Below, piece after piece: positions 38,301 through 50,472 of a stretch of 64,000 nucleotides of DNA. This stretch comes from Lama glama. Its lineage: Eukaryota. The DNA lies in the NCBI GenBank assembly GCA_028534125.1, contig CM052816.1, positions 44,394,001 through 44,458,000 on the forward strand, written 5' to 3'. The stretch's first letter is position 1. Each line of letters opens with the position of its first letter. The notes under the pieces were generated by a model. It ran no database searches, was not told where the DNA came from, and worked only from the letters and a program-made list of their open reading frames with translations. Made by a program: the position numbers and the translations under genes.

Positions 38301-39730
38301 TCTTCAACACATGTTGCTGGACCAACTGAACATCCATGGACCAAACAAACAAACAAAAAATAGAATCTACACACAGAATTTACACTCTTCACAAAAATTA
38401 ACAAAAAGTAGAATTACATATTGATATGTAAAACACAAAACTATAAAACTCCAAAAGATAACGTAGGAGAAAATCTAGATGACTGAAAGTAGAGTGATGA
38501 CTTTTTAGATGTAACACCAAAGACACAATCCATGAAAGAAATAACAGATAAGCTGAACTTCATTAAAATTAAAAATGTCTGCTCTTCAAAAAATAATGTC
38601 AACAGAATGAGAGGGAAAGCCACAGAGCTGGAGAAAATATTTGCATAAGGTACATCTGATAAAGGACTATTATCCAAAATACACAAAGAATTCTTTAAAC
38701 TCAACAATAAGAATCAACCCAATTTTAAAAAGGGAGAAAAACCTTAACAGATATCTGACTAAAGGAGACATATAGATGATAAATTAGCATATAAAGAGAT
38801 ACTCCACATCATATGTTATCAGGGAAATGTAAATTAAAGCAATGAAACACCACTACACACCTATTAGAATATCTAAAATCTGAAGCAATGACTATAAATG
38901 CCAGTGAGGATATGGAGCAAGAGGAAATCCTACCCCCTACTGGTGTAAATAAAACCTGGTACAGCCACTTTGGAAGTCAGTATACCATGATTTTAACTAA
39001 GTATACTACTATCATATAATCTAGCAATTGCACTCCTTGGCATTTACCCAAAGGAGTTGAAAACTTATGTCCACACAAACACCTGCACACAGATATTTAG
39101 TACCTTTATCCATACTTGTCAAAGCTTGGAAGTGACCAAGATGTCCTTCAGTAGGTGAATGGGTAAAGAAACTGTGCAACATTCTGACAAAGAATTATTA
39201 TTAAATGCTAGAAAGAACTGAGCTATCCATGAAAGGAAATGGAGGAAGCTTCAGTACATATTTTTAGACGAAAGAAGTCAGTCTGGAGAGGCTACACATA
39301 CTGTACAATTCCAACCATATGACAATCTAGAAAAGGTGAAACTATGGAAACAGTAAAAAGATCATTGGTTGCCAGAATTTAGGGGTGGTGGTTAGAATGA
39401 ACAGGGTGAATAGGGGTGATTTTTAGAGCAGTGAAATATTCTTTATGATACCATAATGATGGATTACATTTCATTACATATTTGTCCAAGTGCATAAAAT
39501 GTAAACATTAAACATCACATCTAATGTGAACTATGGGCTTTGGGTGATTATCATGTGTCAGTGTACGTTCACCAAGTATAACAAAGGCAGTACTCTGGAA
39601 AGGGAAGTTGATAATGGAGAGAAGGCTAAGCATGTGTGTGATAGGAGGTATATAAAAAAAATCTCTGTACCTTCTCCCTCAATTTTACTGTGAACCTTAA
39701 ATTGCTCTAAAAATAAAATCTTAATAAAAA
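35362..39730 (+). mobile_element. L1MC-type LINE retaining 5' UTR, ORF1 remnant, internally deleted ORF2 and 3' UTR
   Basis: ORF 35908..36129 (...TVTEMKNAFDGIITRLDKVEE...) is an L1 ORF1 coiled-coil remnant; ORF2 remnants 36480-39000; 3' end aatctctgtaccttc...tgtgaaccttaaattgctctaaaaataaa; probable TSD aaaaataataagca / aaaaataataatgagca. Confidence 0.9.
36654..36841 (-). mobile_element. Young 5'-truncated cetartiodactyl (camelid-like) L1 3' end
   Basis: Poly-T then attgaagtatagtc...ctggtgtacagcataat...aagatattgaatatagtt; perfect 14-bp TSD tagaccaatttctt at 36640-36653 and 36842-36855. Confidence 0.9.
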
Positions 39731-39744
39731 ATAATAATGAGCAA

Positions 39745-40545
39745 AATATTTCAATGTATTTTTCACCAAAGTAGATATATGAATTCAAGCAATCACATTA
39801 AAAGATGCTAATTATTAGTAATTAGGGAAACTCCAACTAAAACCACAGTATGACAATAGTACATATCTATTAGAATGTCTAAAATTAAAAAGACTGACCA
39901 CACCTAGTGTTCATGGGGATATGGAGCAACTGGAGTGCTCATACACTGCAGGACAGAATGTAAATGGTAAAACCATTCTAGACAACAGTCTGAATATTTA
40001 TTAAAAAGTTAAACATACAATCACCACATGACCCAACCTTTCTACCCTTTGCTATTTACTCAAAATAAATGAAAACATATGCCCAAAGATTTGTCAAAAA
40101 TGTACATAGAAGCATTTTTTGAAATAACTAAAAACTGGAAGCAACTCAAACGTCCACCAACAGAAGAATGGACAAGCAAACCATGGTATATTCATGCAGT
40201 AGATTACTACTCAGTAACAAATGCAAACAAATACTGATAAATATAACCATATTGATGAATCGCAAAAAGTATTATGATAAACGAAAAATGCCAGATACAA
40301 AAATTATATGTTTTATAGTTCCACGTCCATGAATAATGGAAGAGATACTCTGTAGAGACAGAAATCATAGTACTAGTTATCTGTGGACCGGCAGAGAGAT
40401 TGATTAGAAAAAAGTGCATGGAATATTTCCGAGCAACTGCAGTATTCTATATATTGATATTCTTACCTGGAATTAAAAACTCAGTACACTGTACAATGTC
40501 TGTGCATTTGAATGAATGCAATTTTATCCCAATAGAATAAAAACA
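39745..40545 (+). mobile_element. 3' part of the host old L1
   Basis: aattagggaaa...aaaaccacag...aaaattaaaaagactgacca...ggagcaactggag...aactggaagcaactcaaacgtccacc. Confidence 0.85.
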
Positions 40546-40559
40546 AACATGATAACAAG

Positions 40560-42060
40560 AGAACATATTAATATATGGATCATAAAGAAATTTACCTACA
40601 CATAGAACCAAAAGATAAAATGATATAGAATAGGAAAGAAATATTAGAGAATTATAATTTCTACCCAGGAGGTCCTGTAAGCGAATAATAGTAGTTCCAT
40701 GAAGAGCAAACCAATGGAATAAAGGCAAAGTAATTTTCAAACAAACAAAAAAATAAGACTTTTTATCTGGATGGAAAATGCATCTAAGGTTTGATTACAA
40801 AGACTCTAAAGACAGAACTCCTGGGTTAAATCCCATCTACCACTAACTAATTGTGTAATATCCAGCAAATTACTTAACTTCTATATGCCTAAATTTTGTC
40901 ATCTTTAAAACTGAGATAATAGTACTTCCTTCATTACATTGCGTGAGGATTATATGAATTCAGATATACCAGGCAAAAGCACAAATTAAAGTGCTATGCA
41001 AATGCTAGTTCTAGTACTGTTATTATTATTAGATAAATATATGGATTTGTAAAATGAAAGAGATCATTATGTATTCAGTAAATCTAATAAAATAAACTCA
41101 CATCAAGATACCTTGATGTGAAATTTCTTTTATTTTTGAAATTTCAAAAGCTTAAGTACAAAGGAAAATGATAAAGTTTCTTGAAAGAGAAAAGGGGAGA
41201 AAGAAACTGATCACTTACAAAGGCTTGGAATCACAATGGCATTAAATATTTTAAAAGCACTAGAATATAGAATACATTCCAGAATATAGGATGAGAGTGA
41301 ACTATAAGTATTTCAGACATGTAACAAATTTCGTACCATTTGAATTAATGAAAACTAGGAGAATAAATAAGAAAGTGAAATACTTTCTTAGTGAAAGACT
41401 AAGGAAAAAAGAATCCACTCAAAGAGAAGAATTATGAGAAATCTCAAGATGAATAACAGGTCTAGTGAATACTGAGTCCGGACTAGAGCAAGTGGTAGAG
41501 AATTCCTAGAAATATTTTCAAGGAAAAGAGGTTTCATGGACCTCGTATTTTTCTAGAAATACTGGAAGAACTAAGGACTTGGCTAAACAACAGTTATCTT
41601 CAAAGAATTACTAGCCACAACACTTTGGAAAAAATCAAGAAATAGGACATATTATAATTACTTACTTTGATCTGTCGTGAGCAATGTTTACATAGTCATA
41701 ACAATGTTTATTAATATTTGACTTAGAATTCAATTTATAAGTCAAAGAAAAAGTCAGTTAAAAAGTGAAATAAAGTAGCAAAAAATAGTGATGTGACTGT
41801 ATTAGGGTGAGGAATAAGAGGCATGGAGGGTTCAAACAAACTAAATATTCAGAAAGTGAAAAATAATGCTTAAGGTTGATATATCAATAAATTGAAATGT
41901 GTTTGCATTATCTAGGGATACACTAAGAAAGAATAAAGGTAAAATGGTAGCTCCTTCTGAAGCTGGCAATTAAGTGTAAGAGAGCAGTGAATATGTGTTT
42001 CATTATAATCTTACTATAATTTCTATTGTTTATCTTTTATGACTATATTTCATATATATT
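40560..42060 (+). mobile_element. HAL1-like LINE remnant
   Basis: atcacttacaaagg...aatcacaatggca; aaatctcaagatga...agtccggactagagca resemble recalled HAL1. Confidence 0.6.
40795..41030 (+). mobile_element. MIR SINE nested in HAL1
   Basis: gactctaaagacaga...ctgggttaaatccc...gcaaattacttaacttct...gtgaggatta...tattattatt. Confidence 0.8.
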
Positions 42061-42099
42061 AAGAAATATTACTTAAGAAATACCACAAAGATATAAAAT

Positions 42100-43790
42100 G
42101 TTAGCCAGTGAGTACAAAAGATGACAAATAATTTGATGAAATAGAGTCCACAGGCAGACAAGTAAAGATAGATGGATGGCACTTACAATTATGTTAAAGA
42201 TAAGATTTCAAATCAGTGCTGGCAATATTAATTATTATATTGGGACATTGGTTATATAGGAGGGAAGCCTAAGCTTAGAACTTTATATTACACTATGCAC
42301 AATAGTATATCCCGGATGGACTTCAGAAACAGTTTTTTAAGAAACTCTTAAGGTACTTTAAGAAAACAGAGGAAATTTTTTTTTTTTTTTTTTTTTTTTT
42401 ACAGTTTGGGGTGAAGAAGGAGCAAGAGCAATAACCCGAAACCATAGAGACAGACAGCAGGGTTGATTACTTTAATAGTGTGCACGTCTGTATAAAAACA
42501 GCCATAAATGGTAAGTAGGTAACAGACTACGTGCAATATATTTAGCAGACAACTAATTTCTAAAAATAAAACTGTTACATGACATGGACCATAAATTAAT
42601 GAAAAGATTATCCATCTAATTGATATTCAAGGAAATATAAGCTACATTACCACTTCCCTGATAATTTTGACAAAAAACAAGTTTAGGTAAAATTCCCCAT
42701 GTAATCTCTTATGCCTGATGCTTTTGGTAAATTGGTGACAATTTCTTATATGGAAATTGGTCTAAGTAAACGTGCTTTCTCTTGGGAGGGAGGGAATTAT
42801 ATTTTCCCTAGGGAATTATCTGTTACATCATGTTTTCAAATTTACTTGCATAAATGTTGCAAAATAGTATGAGTTTTAAGTTTTTTCTTAGATTCAATGG
42901 TTATTTCCTTAAAGATTTTTTAATATTTGTAATTTCTTACCCTTTTTCTTGATTAATTTCTCTAGAGTTTATTTTAATGATTTTAAGTTATTTCTATTCA
43001 ATTACTGGTTCTGTGGTTTTCCTCTTTTCTAACTAATTTATGACTTTCAAAAATTATTTTCTAGTTTCTGCTTTCCTCCTACTTTGTTTTATTTCTAACT
43101 TTTTTGATTTATGTAGTAATTCTCTTTTATTCTTTATTTCTCCTATACACACTTACTGTTATTAGTTTTCTACTGCACCTCCTTGCAGTAGAAGATCATG
43201 ATAGGAAGCTTTTCACTACCATTGTTTTAACAACTTTCTCAATTTTAGTTTATATTCCTCTTTTATTTAAAGCTTGTTCAACAAATAGCTTCAAAAGTTT
43301 TCTAGGGAAGCTTTCTGTTTGTTTTCTGACTTTATCATTAATTTCTAGTTTTATTGCCATTTGTATTTTCAGTATTACTTCTACTTTATAAAAAGTAACT
43401 GTTTAGATGATTTTAAAAACAGTAATTTGAGGGAAATAAAAAATAGTTACCTTTTGGTTCATGATTCAATCCTAATCATTCTATTACCATTCTGGTACCC
43501 CTTTATAGATGGATAAACAAAAGTGAAACTAGAATATTGTTTGTAGCTTTAGTTTTTATACTTAAACAGTTGAAAATGATTTGTGTTCATCAATGGAGAA
43601 ATTAAAACCATAATATGATGCAATCATGCCTTGGAATATTACACAACCTTTAAGAAGAGTGACATAATACACACTGACCAAAATCCTGGAGCCACACTGA
43701 GGAAACAACAAAAGCAAAATCTCAAGAGAGATGTATACAAGATTTCGTTAAATGTAAACACCATGCTTACGAATACACATGTAAGTGAAG
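42100..43790. mobile_element. Highly decayed L1 fragments in both orientations
   Basis: A-rich ORF2-like 42100-42700, T-rich antisense 42780-43390, 3'-end-like 43520-43790; poly-T run 42376-42400. Confidence 0.5.
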
Positions 43791-43859
43791 GTAACAGAGA
43801 TTGGGATTTTGTGCACCATGCTGTTTATAGGCATGAGACGGATTGAGCAGGTAAAAAAC

Positions 43860-44050
43860 TCTTATGGCCCAGAACCCTCCCGCTGTGGACCAGGCCAAGG
43901 CTAGATTTTATCTAAAGTCTCACCCTTGCTCAGGGCTTTATCTATTCCTGCTTTATTTCTTCTTTACAGATTTTTGTGAAGTGCATCCTCAATAATCCAC
44001 AGGCCCTCCAAACCCTATCTCAGTCCTATTCTAGGGAACCCAACACTGAC
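43860..44050 (+). mobile_element. LTR16-like ERVL LTR 3' fragment
   Basis: gcatcctcaataa...ctatctcag...ttctagggaacccaac. Confidence 0.6.
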
Positions 44051-45319
44051 CGGCAGGTATGAGTGTAAAGGGATATGGTTAAACCACATTAAAGAATCAA
44101 GTACGAGAGATGGAATGTGGTTTGTAGATGTTATTTTTGCATGGAATCCAGGGACATCTCAAACATGAGGGGCATGGTATTTCTCAAAAACAAAGATAAA
44201 GATGAGAGAAAGGTTGATAACAGTGTATGTGAAGTTAGAGCTACTGTTTAATTTTTTTTTTTAAGATTTTTATTTCCAGTATCTTTTAAAGAATGCACTG
44301 GTCTTATACATATACTGCAAAATCAAATGTCTGTTCTCAGGCATTGATTTTTAACTGTCCAAATAATTGTGAGAATTTCCTTTTGCATAGCACTAATCTA
44401 CTTATAATACCATTAAATAACTAGTTATAATAATTGGTATGATAAGAGATGTACATTTTTTGGATCTTTTGAAATATTTTGATATGTGTATATATAATCT
44501 AAATTACTATTTTTATAAAAATTAAGAACAATATGAGCACTGAAAGCATGTTTTAGAAAACTTTACATAGTCCAGTCAGAGCTAGAAAGACAGTACAGTA
44601 ATCCTTTGTTTTTCTGAGTGTCCGCAGGAATTGGTATAGTTTTATTTTAAACTCAAGGAATAAAAAGTTAATTAGATGTTGGTGAGAGGTCAGATACAAC
44701 ACACACCCATATGCTGTCTGATGAGTGTACTGTAACAATTCTGATTACATTTTTTAAAATTTATATTTCAATTTTAACTTTTAAAGATCACTAATAAAGG
44801 GCACTTAGTCCTATGAAAGATGACATTAAAAGATATTTGCCATCAGAGATTACCTACCAGAACTATAAATCACATGTCATTTAGTGATGTATCTATAACT
44901 ACTTAGTCGGCATGACAAAATCGGATAGTGATTACATGATTTATGAGGTACAGAAGAGAACCCCTCAAGGGGGATATTCACAGAGAGCAAAATATTTGAA
45001 CAGGGAAAGACTGTTTTACTTTCCTTAATATCAATCCAGATTTACATGAGGGGGGGAATGTAGTGGGTAATTTAAGACAATTTTATGGTGCTAGATATAA
45101 AAGATAAAAAAATTAGAATGATTCTATCAAGATGATAAACAAGAATAAAAATGCCTATAGTACTCTAAGACAAGATATAAACTCTTTTCCCTCTCAAGAA
45201 ATAAAAAATACAATCGACAGAAGAAAATGAAAAAAACACCCAGCGTATTTTAATAGATAAAATGTAGATTGTAACTTGGTTTTAATTCAAGTTCCATAAT
45301 GGATTAATTTTTTAATCTT

Positions 45320-45500
45320 AGCCCTATTCTTTCACTTCTCTGTGCCTCAACTTACTCATTTAGAAAATGGAGATTAAAATACCTATTTCATAATGCTGTT
45401 TTTAAAATTAAATTATCAAACATACAATCACTTAGAACCATGTTTCGCACACAGAGCTGCACAGTTTGAAACTGCTAGCTCTCGCTAGTACTAGTATTAG
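45320..45500 (+). mobile_element. MIR
   Basis: cttctctgtgcctcaacttactcatttagaaaatggagat. Confidence 0.75.
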
Positions 45501-45867
45501 AAAACAGAGTAAATCAACCATGCAAATTTTGTTTTTCTATTGAAACGGCTTCAATTTTACCACAACTTCTGTTTAATATGTGGAGGTAAGAATGTAAGTG
45601 CTTGGGTTGCTTAAATGTCTGACTATCAGGAGCACAAAAATTAATAAAACTAGATAGTGGCCCACAAAACTGACGCTCTGTTCAATGCACTCTTCTGTTT
45701 CTGTTAGACTTGGTTAAGATACAGTGGGATTTAGGCAAGAAAACTTTTTTCAAAGAGCTCTTTAGATAGAAGACCCCTTTGTGATGATAAAAGCCTCAAC
45801 ATAGTAAAAAATGTCCAGGAAGAGGCTGATTTTGGACAATTCATCAGTTCTTTCTGGTCTAGTCAAA

Positions 45868-46030
45868 ACAATGGCTAACATTTATTAAAGTCTTGGTTTC
45901 TCACACTACTCAAAACATGTTAAATGAATTGATTCATTTAATCCTTACTGCAACCTTGTAAGATAGTACTACTGTTCTCATTTGTTGGTGGTAGAGATAA
46001 ATGTTACATGACTCTGGGCTTCACATTCTG
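45868..46030 (-). mobile_element. MIR
   Basis: atggctaacatttatt...tcatttaatcctta...caacct. Confidence 0.7.
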
Positions 46031-47295
46031 CCAGAGATAGAGGCGGATGTGTTTAAAAGTAAACAAGCAAACAAATATTCAAATACATAAAATAAAAGAA
46101 TTGCATGCGTAAGTTTTGGAGAGGGGCAAAACTGTGGGTTAATCAAGTCTACTGGATCCTGGCAGTGTTCTCCTCTTATCTTTGAAGTTTTCATCCAAGT
46201 TTCCATTCTAGATCCAAGATATATTTTCAGACATCCTACCAGAATGGCTTCCAGAACTCCAGGACAGAATGGAACACAGCAGTCTCCTCTTTCTTAGAGG
46301 GAATCGGTTATGACCAATGAGAAAAATGGGCTTTTCTCTTTTGTTTTGGATGGGGTTACCTTTGATTCATCATGTCTAAATAGTTGACTACAACTCTTAA
46401 TGTGTCTTTCCACTCCCTCCCATCTCGACAGGTATATTTGCATCCCTTCTCCTTCCTGAGACAACAAAGCTATGACTTTCCCAATCCAGGGGATGTTGCT
46501 GTTGAGACAAGTCTGAATTCTTGGGCTAGGGATGAGAAGAAATGAACTTCTTCTCAAAAAACATTTTTTTAAATTATGTTCTTCAACTCAGAGGAACTTT
46601 TTTCAATATAAAAAATAGTGAATAAGTGTATTTTTGGAATCTTTTTTGAAATACTGTTTTTAGACTTTTCTCAACTCTACTTTAATTGATGAAAACTGAC
46701 AGTCTCCAAATATAGCATAAATTGAAAAGTAGATGACTATTGCTTTTTCACAGAATATGTTCTGTGTGATGTTTGCTGACATTATTTATGAAAGAAGTCA
46801 GATATTGCTCAGAGAGCAATGCCACTGTGTAATGTGAGTGTGGTTTCACTGAAGGGCATTTAAGGAATGCCAACATTGAGGAATCTATGACATCTTTCTT
46901 CGTAACATCCTTGGGAAAAAGCCAAGACTAGTATTTTCTGATATATAACATGACTATCACTGACAGTATGAAGTTTGGATTTTGCTACTACATAGACACG
47001 TTTTGAGTTAGAATAATTATAATTCACTTAAACATATATTGGAAAACATCCATTATCAATTTATAATATGATACTACTTTTTAAAATATTCCATTTGAAG
47101 CAAAAACTATTAGTTCATTTAAAGGCAATAAAGATAGCATTTAGAGAGGGCTAAGTTCATAGATTTGGTATGTAAATATGTAAAATTTGGGAAATGATGG
47201 GCTATTCAAACACTATAAATTCTCCAAGTGAAACCTGCATAAACTCTGTGCTTCACAGCGAGTCGCTTTCAGGCTGCCAATGGATAGACCAACCC

Positions 47296-47524
47296 AGTTT
47301 CATATTCAAAGATGAAAAAGCTGCCTTACATTGCTCTTTTTCATGCACAGACACTTACATTTTAGTGGCTGCAGAGCAAGGCCAATTTTCTCGTTTAACT
47401 CTTCTATTAAGCAAAGTACACAATCTAAATGGTAGGAATATATTTTATCTTGTCCAATAAAAACTGAATTCAGCATTTTAGTACTTTTATTTGTCTTGAT
47501 TTTACTCAGGAAAAAAGTTTACAT
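47296..47524 (-). repeat. Left arm of ~230-bp inverted duplication
   Basis: Reverse complement aligns to 57271-57507 (58/68 and 73/89 identities in two ungapped blocks, counted by hand). Confidence 0.9.
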
Positions 47525-47689
47525 TTTCTTAAAAGGAAGGCAGAAAAGATCTGGGGAAACAAGGAAGGTCTCTGTATTTCTTAAGTGGTTTCCAGCAGCA
47601 GACATCTATCATTTTGCCTGCTCTGAAATCCCTTGTCTGTCCTTGTGTTGTTGGTGAGACACAGTTGTTCCACCCTTACGAACATCACT

Positions 47690-47947
47690 GGAGTAGGTAG
47701 AGATCTAGGTCTGGGCAATTCAAGTACTCCATCCCCTTCACAACTGAGAGTATTTCAGGGACAGATCCGGAGAAGTTATTTAACTTCTCTTGTTTCAATT
47801 TCCTAACCATTTATCTCATCCAGTTATGTGTTGTACACTAAATGAACTTAGAAATTGATTATTCAAAAGTGCTTAGAAGGGTGCCTGAAACACTCCATCC
47901 CCACGCACCCATAAATGTTAGCTATTATTGTTGTTATTATTATTATT
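47690..47947 (+). mobile_element. MIR
   Basis: aagttatttaacttctc...aagtgcttagaagggtgcctg...aaatgttagctattatt. Confidence 0.7.
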
Positions 47948-48649
47948 AATTCTGAGTTAGTCAGATTTGAGTTTCTGGATGAGCATTCGTTGGAGCTCAA
48001 CAGAGATAGAACTTTTTGGGACCTTGGATTCACAATTATGAAAGTCTATTTCTCTTTATGTATTGGTTTAAAGGTAATTCCACCTTCTACAACTTAAATT
48101 AATAAAATCTAAACTGACAAATGTTCAATGAATTTTTTTTCATTTTGTACCATGATCCAACAATGTTGCTTATGCATTTTGATTCTGATAATGATGTTTA
48201 TTTAAATATTAGAACACAGGTATTATATATGTCTATTTGTATATACGTGTGCACACACATATATATGTATTTGGCAAGTACCAATCGAAATAATTTTTCC
48301 TCAGTTGTTACACAGTATAGAAAGACAGACATACCACATAGCACTAGACTAACCAACAGTTTAAAAGTGATTTTTCACATGATTACAACTAAAACAAAAC
48401 TATTTATCTGTGGAAAAATATTTGATAACAAATGAAAAAATAAACATTCTATGACTAGAGTGGTAAGATTTTAGATGAATATTTTTCTATTAAATTAATT
48501 TGGTTTTACCTGGCTATGCCTTTATTAGGATAACCAAAATCAGGAGAAAAAGTACCAATTTATGGATACTTGTACTTTTAAACACTATACACTTATATAT
48601 ACACTTAAACAATATATTCATTTATAATACCTACTTCTTTTCTCCTTGT

Positions 48650-49750
48650 TTCTCACAATTCCATTCATCTTTCAGGGCCTGCCTCAAATTCCCCTTCTTC
48701 ATTAATGGTCTCTCTGACTACCTCAACCTGAAATGAATTCTCCTAGCTCTGAGCTCCCCTGGAAATTCTTGTCTACAACATGTATTTAGAAATTAATCAT
48801 GCATTGTCTTGAGAAAGTGAAAGAGAGCTGGGCTTTGAAGTCAGACAGACTTGAGGTGAATCCTGACTTTACTACAAAATAGCTACATGACTTTGGGCAA
48901 GTTACCTGTTCTATAATAGATAGGTGGTGTTTTGAGTCCTTTTGTGTAGGTAAAGGAATTGACACACAATGTAATGTCTCTTTATCTGTAAGCCTCTATA
49001 TCTGTACAGTCAAGTGTCCATGCCGCATTGTAAGTTGCACAAACAGGACTTAAACCCCAGCACCCTGGCTGCAGAGTCCATGTTGCCTCTCAACTTCTGT
49101 TCCAGCAGTTTATGATGGTTGCTAAAATCACAGGCTTATTAAGTGGATGAAATTAAGTAACAAATACAAAGTGTTTGGTACTTAGCAGATATATAACAAA
49201 TGCTATTTGGTGTCTCTCTTGCTTCATCCCTCAGGTATTGCTGCCTCAAACTACCACTTCTTTCTATTAATAACTTTTCTTTTGTTCATATTGAGTCTTC
49301 ACAGATGGATCATATACTTCCCTGAGGCTCCTTTTATATTCAGACTTTGCTGAGCACACACGTAAGCAATGTCTTCCCCACTTTCTGACTCCTAGCCCAG
49401 TAGTTCCCTGCATAACCTCTGCCATTACACTCACTCTAACCATTCCAACTTCTGGTGCCTACAATGTCTTTGCCACTCTCCCGTCACTGATGTCTACTTC
49501 TAAAGATTCAGCTCTGCCTGTCCTTCTCAAAGCTATCTCTAAACATCCCAGTTGGGGAAAGAGCCCTCTATCTATGGTCCCATAGCCTCCTATGAATACC
49601 AGTGTTTAGAGTACAATAAGCCAGGTAAACACAAATTATTTCAATACCCTGTGGCAAAATCAGGAAGGCAGGACAGGAGTCAAGCCATCTTAGTGTTCCC
49701 AGTACATTTTACAATAGCTAGAGTGTAGGCATTCAATAGGTGCTTATTAA
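48650..49750. mobile_element. Cluster of L2 and MIR fragments
   Basis: gctgggctttgaagtcagacagac (MIR +), ggacttaaaccccag...gcagagtcca (MIR -), L2 3' end gtaggcattcaataggtgctt. Confidence 0.65.
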
Positions 49751-49849
49751 ATTTCCTTTCTAACAGACTTGTTTTGTTTTCTTTGCTGTAGCAAAAGTTT
49801 TGGAGAAAAGTATTCCTAATAATACAATCCTTCCTCCATGAATTACACA

Positions 49850-50200
49850 GTTGCTAGTACTTCCCAAAGTGTATCTGTAAAGCAAGATACTCTGTGGGGA
49901 AAAAAGTGGTCCCATGGCCAGATATGTTTGGGAATCACTGCATATGTTCACTCTCATTCTGGAAAACCAGTTGTATTTATTAGTTGAAAAATATTTACTG
50001 AGAATCACACAGAATATATAGAGTTGACTAAGATAGAAATAAACTATGCCTACATGGATTTTACGATCTACTTGATCTCTGAGAAGTCTTACAATAAAAA
50101 AAAACAATTTGCCTTGTTCACCAACAAATTCCAATATATTTGATCAGAGATCCATAATATATAACAGCATTCCAGACACACAGTATGGAAAATGTTTGCC
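49850..50200. mobile_element. Probable hAT-family MER fragment
   Basis: tagtacttcccaaagtgt...atgtttgggaatcactg...cacagtatggaaaatg. Confidence 0.45.
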
Positions 50201-50472
50201 CAGCAATGTTACCCAGATCAGATAATTTTTCCCTCTCTTACTAAAGTTTATTCCTTGTATTATTTCTGATTTCCATGATAAATAGGAGGAATCGATAATT
50301 CCATAGTTAATACAAACTTAAATATAGTTAGAAATGTTTAAATTGCAGTTCTACTTGAAGATACTTTACATTTTAAAATGCTATTAACTGATGTTAAAGC
50401 AATGATAATAAAGTGAAGAAAAAGTAAAACGTCTTTAAGTATTCCTACTATAGGTACGCAAAAATAAAGATT

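Noticed and set aside
44715..44950. TGATGA...CTGA motifs and a loose hairpin suggesting a snoRNA or miRNA
   Set aside because: Box spacing too short, no terminal stem, poor pairing
46432..46475. Plus-strand cag|gtatatttgca... reading IFASLLLPETTKL, reminiscent of the MFS/SLC22 'LLPETKG' motif
   Set aside because: Stop follows immediately and no other transporter exons are visible; likely chance
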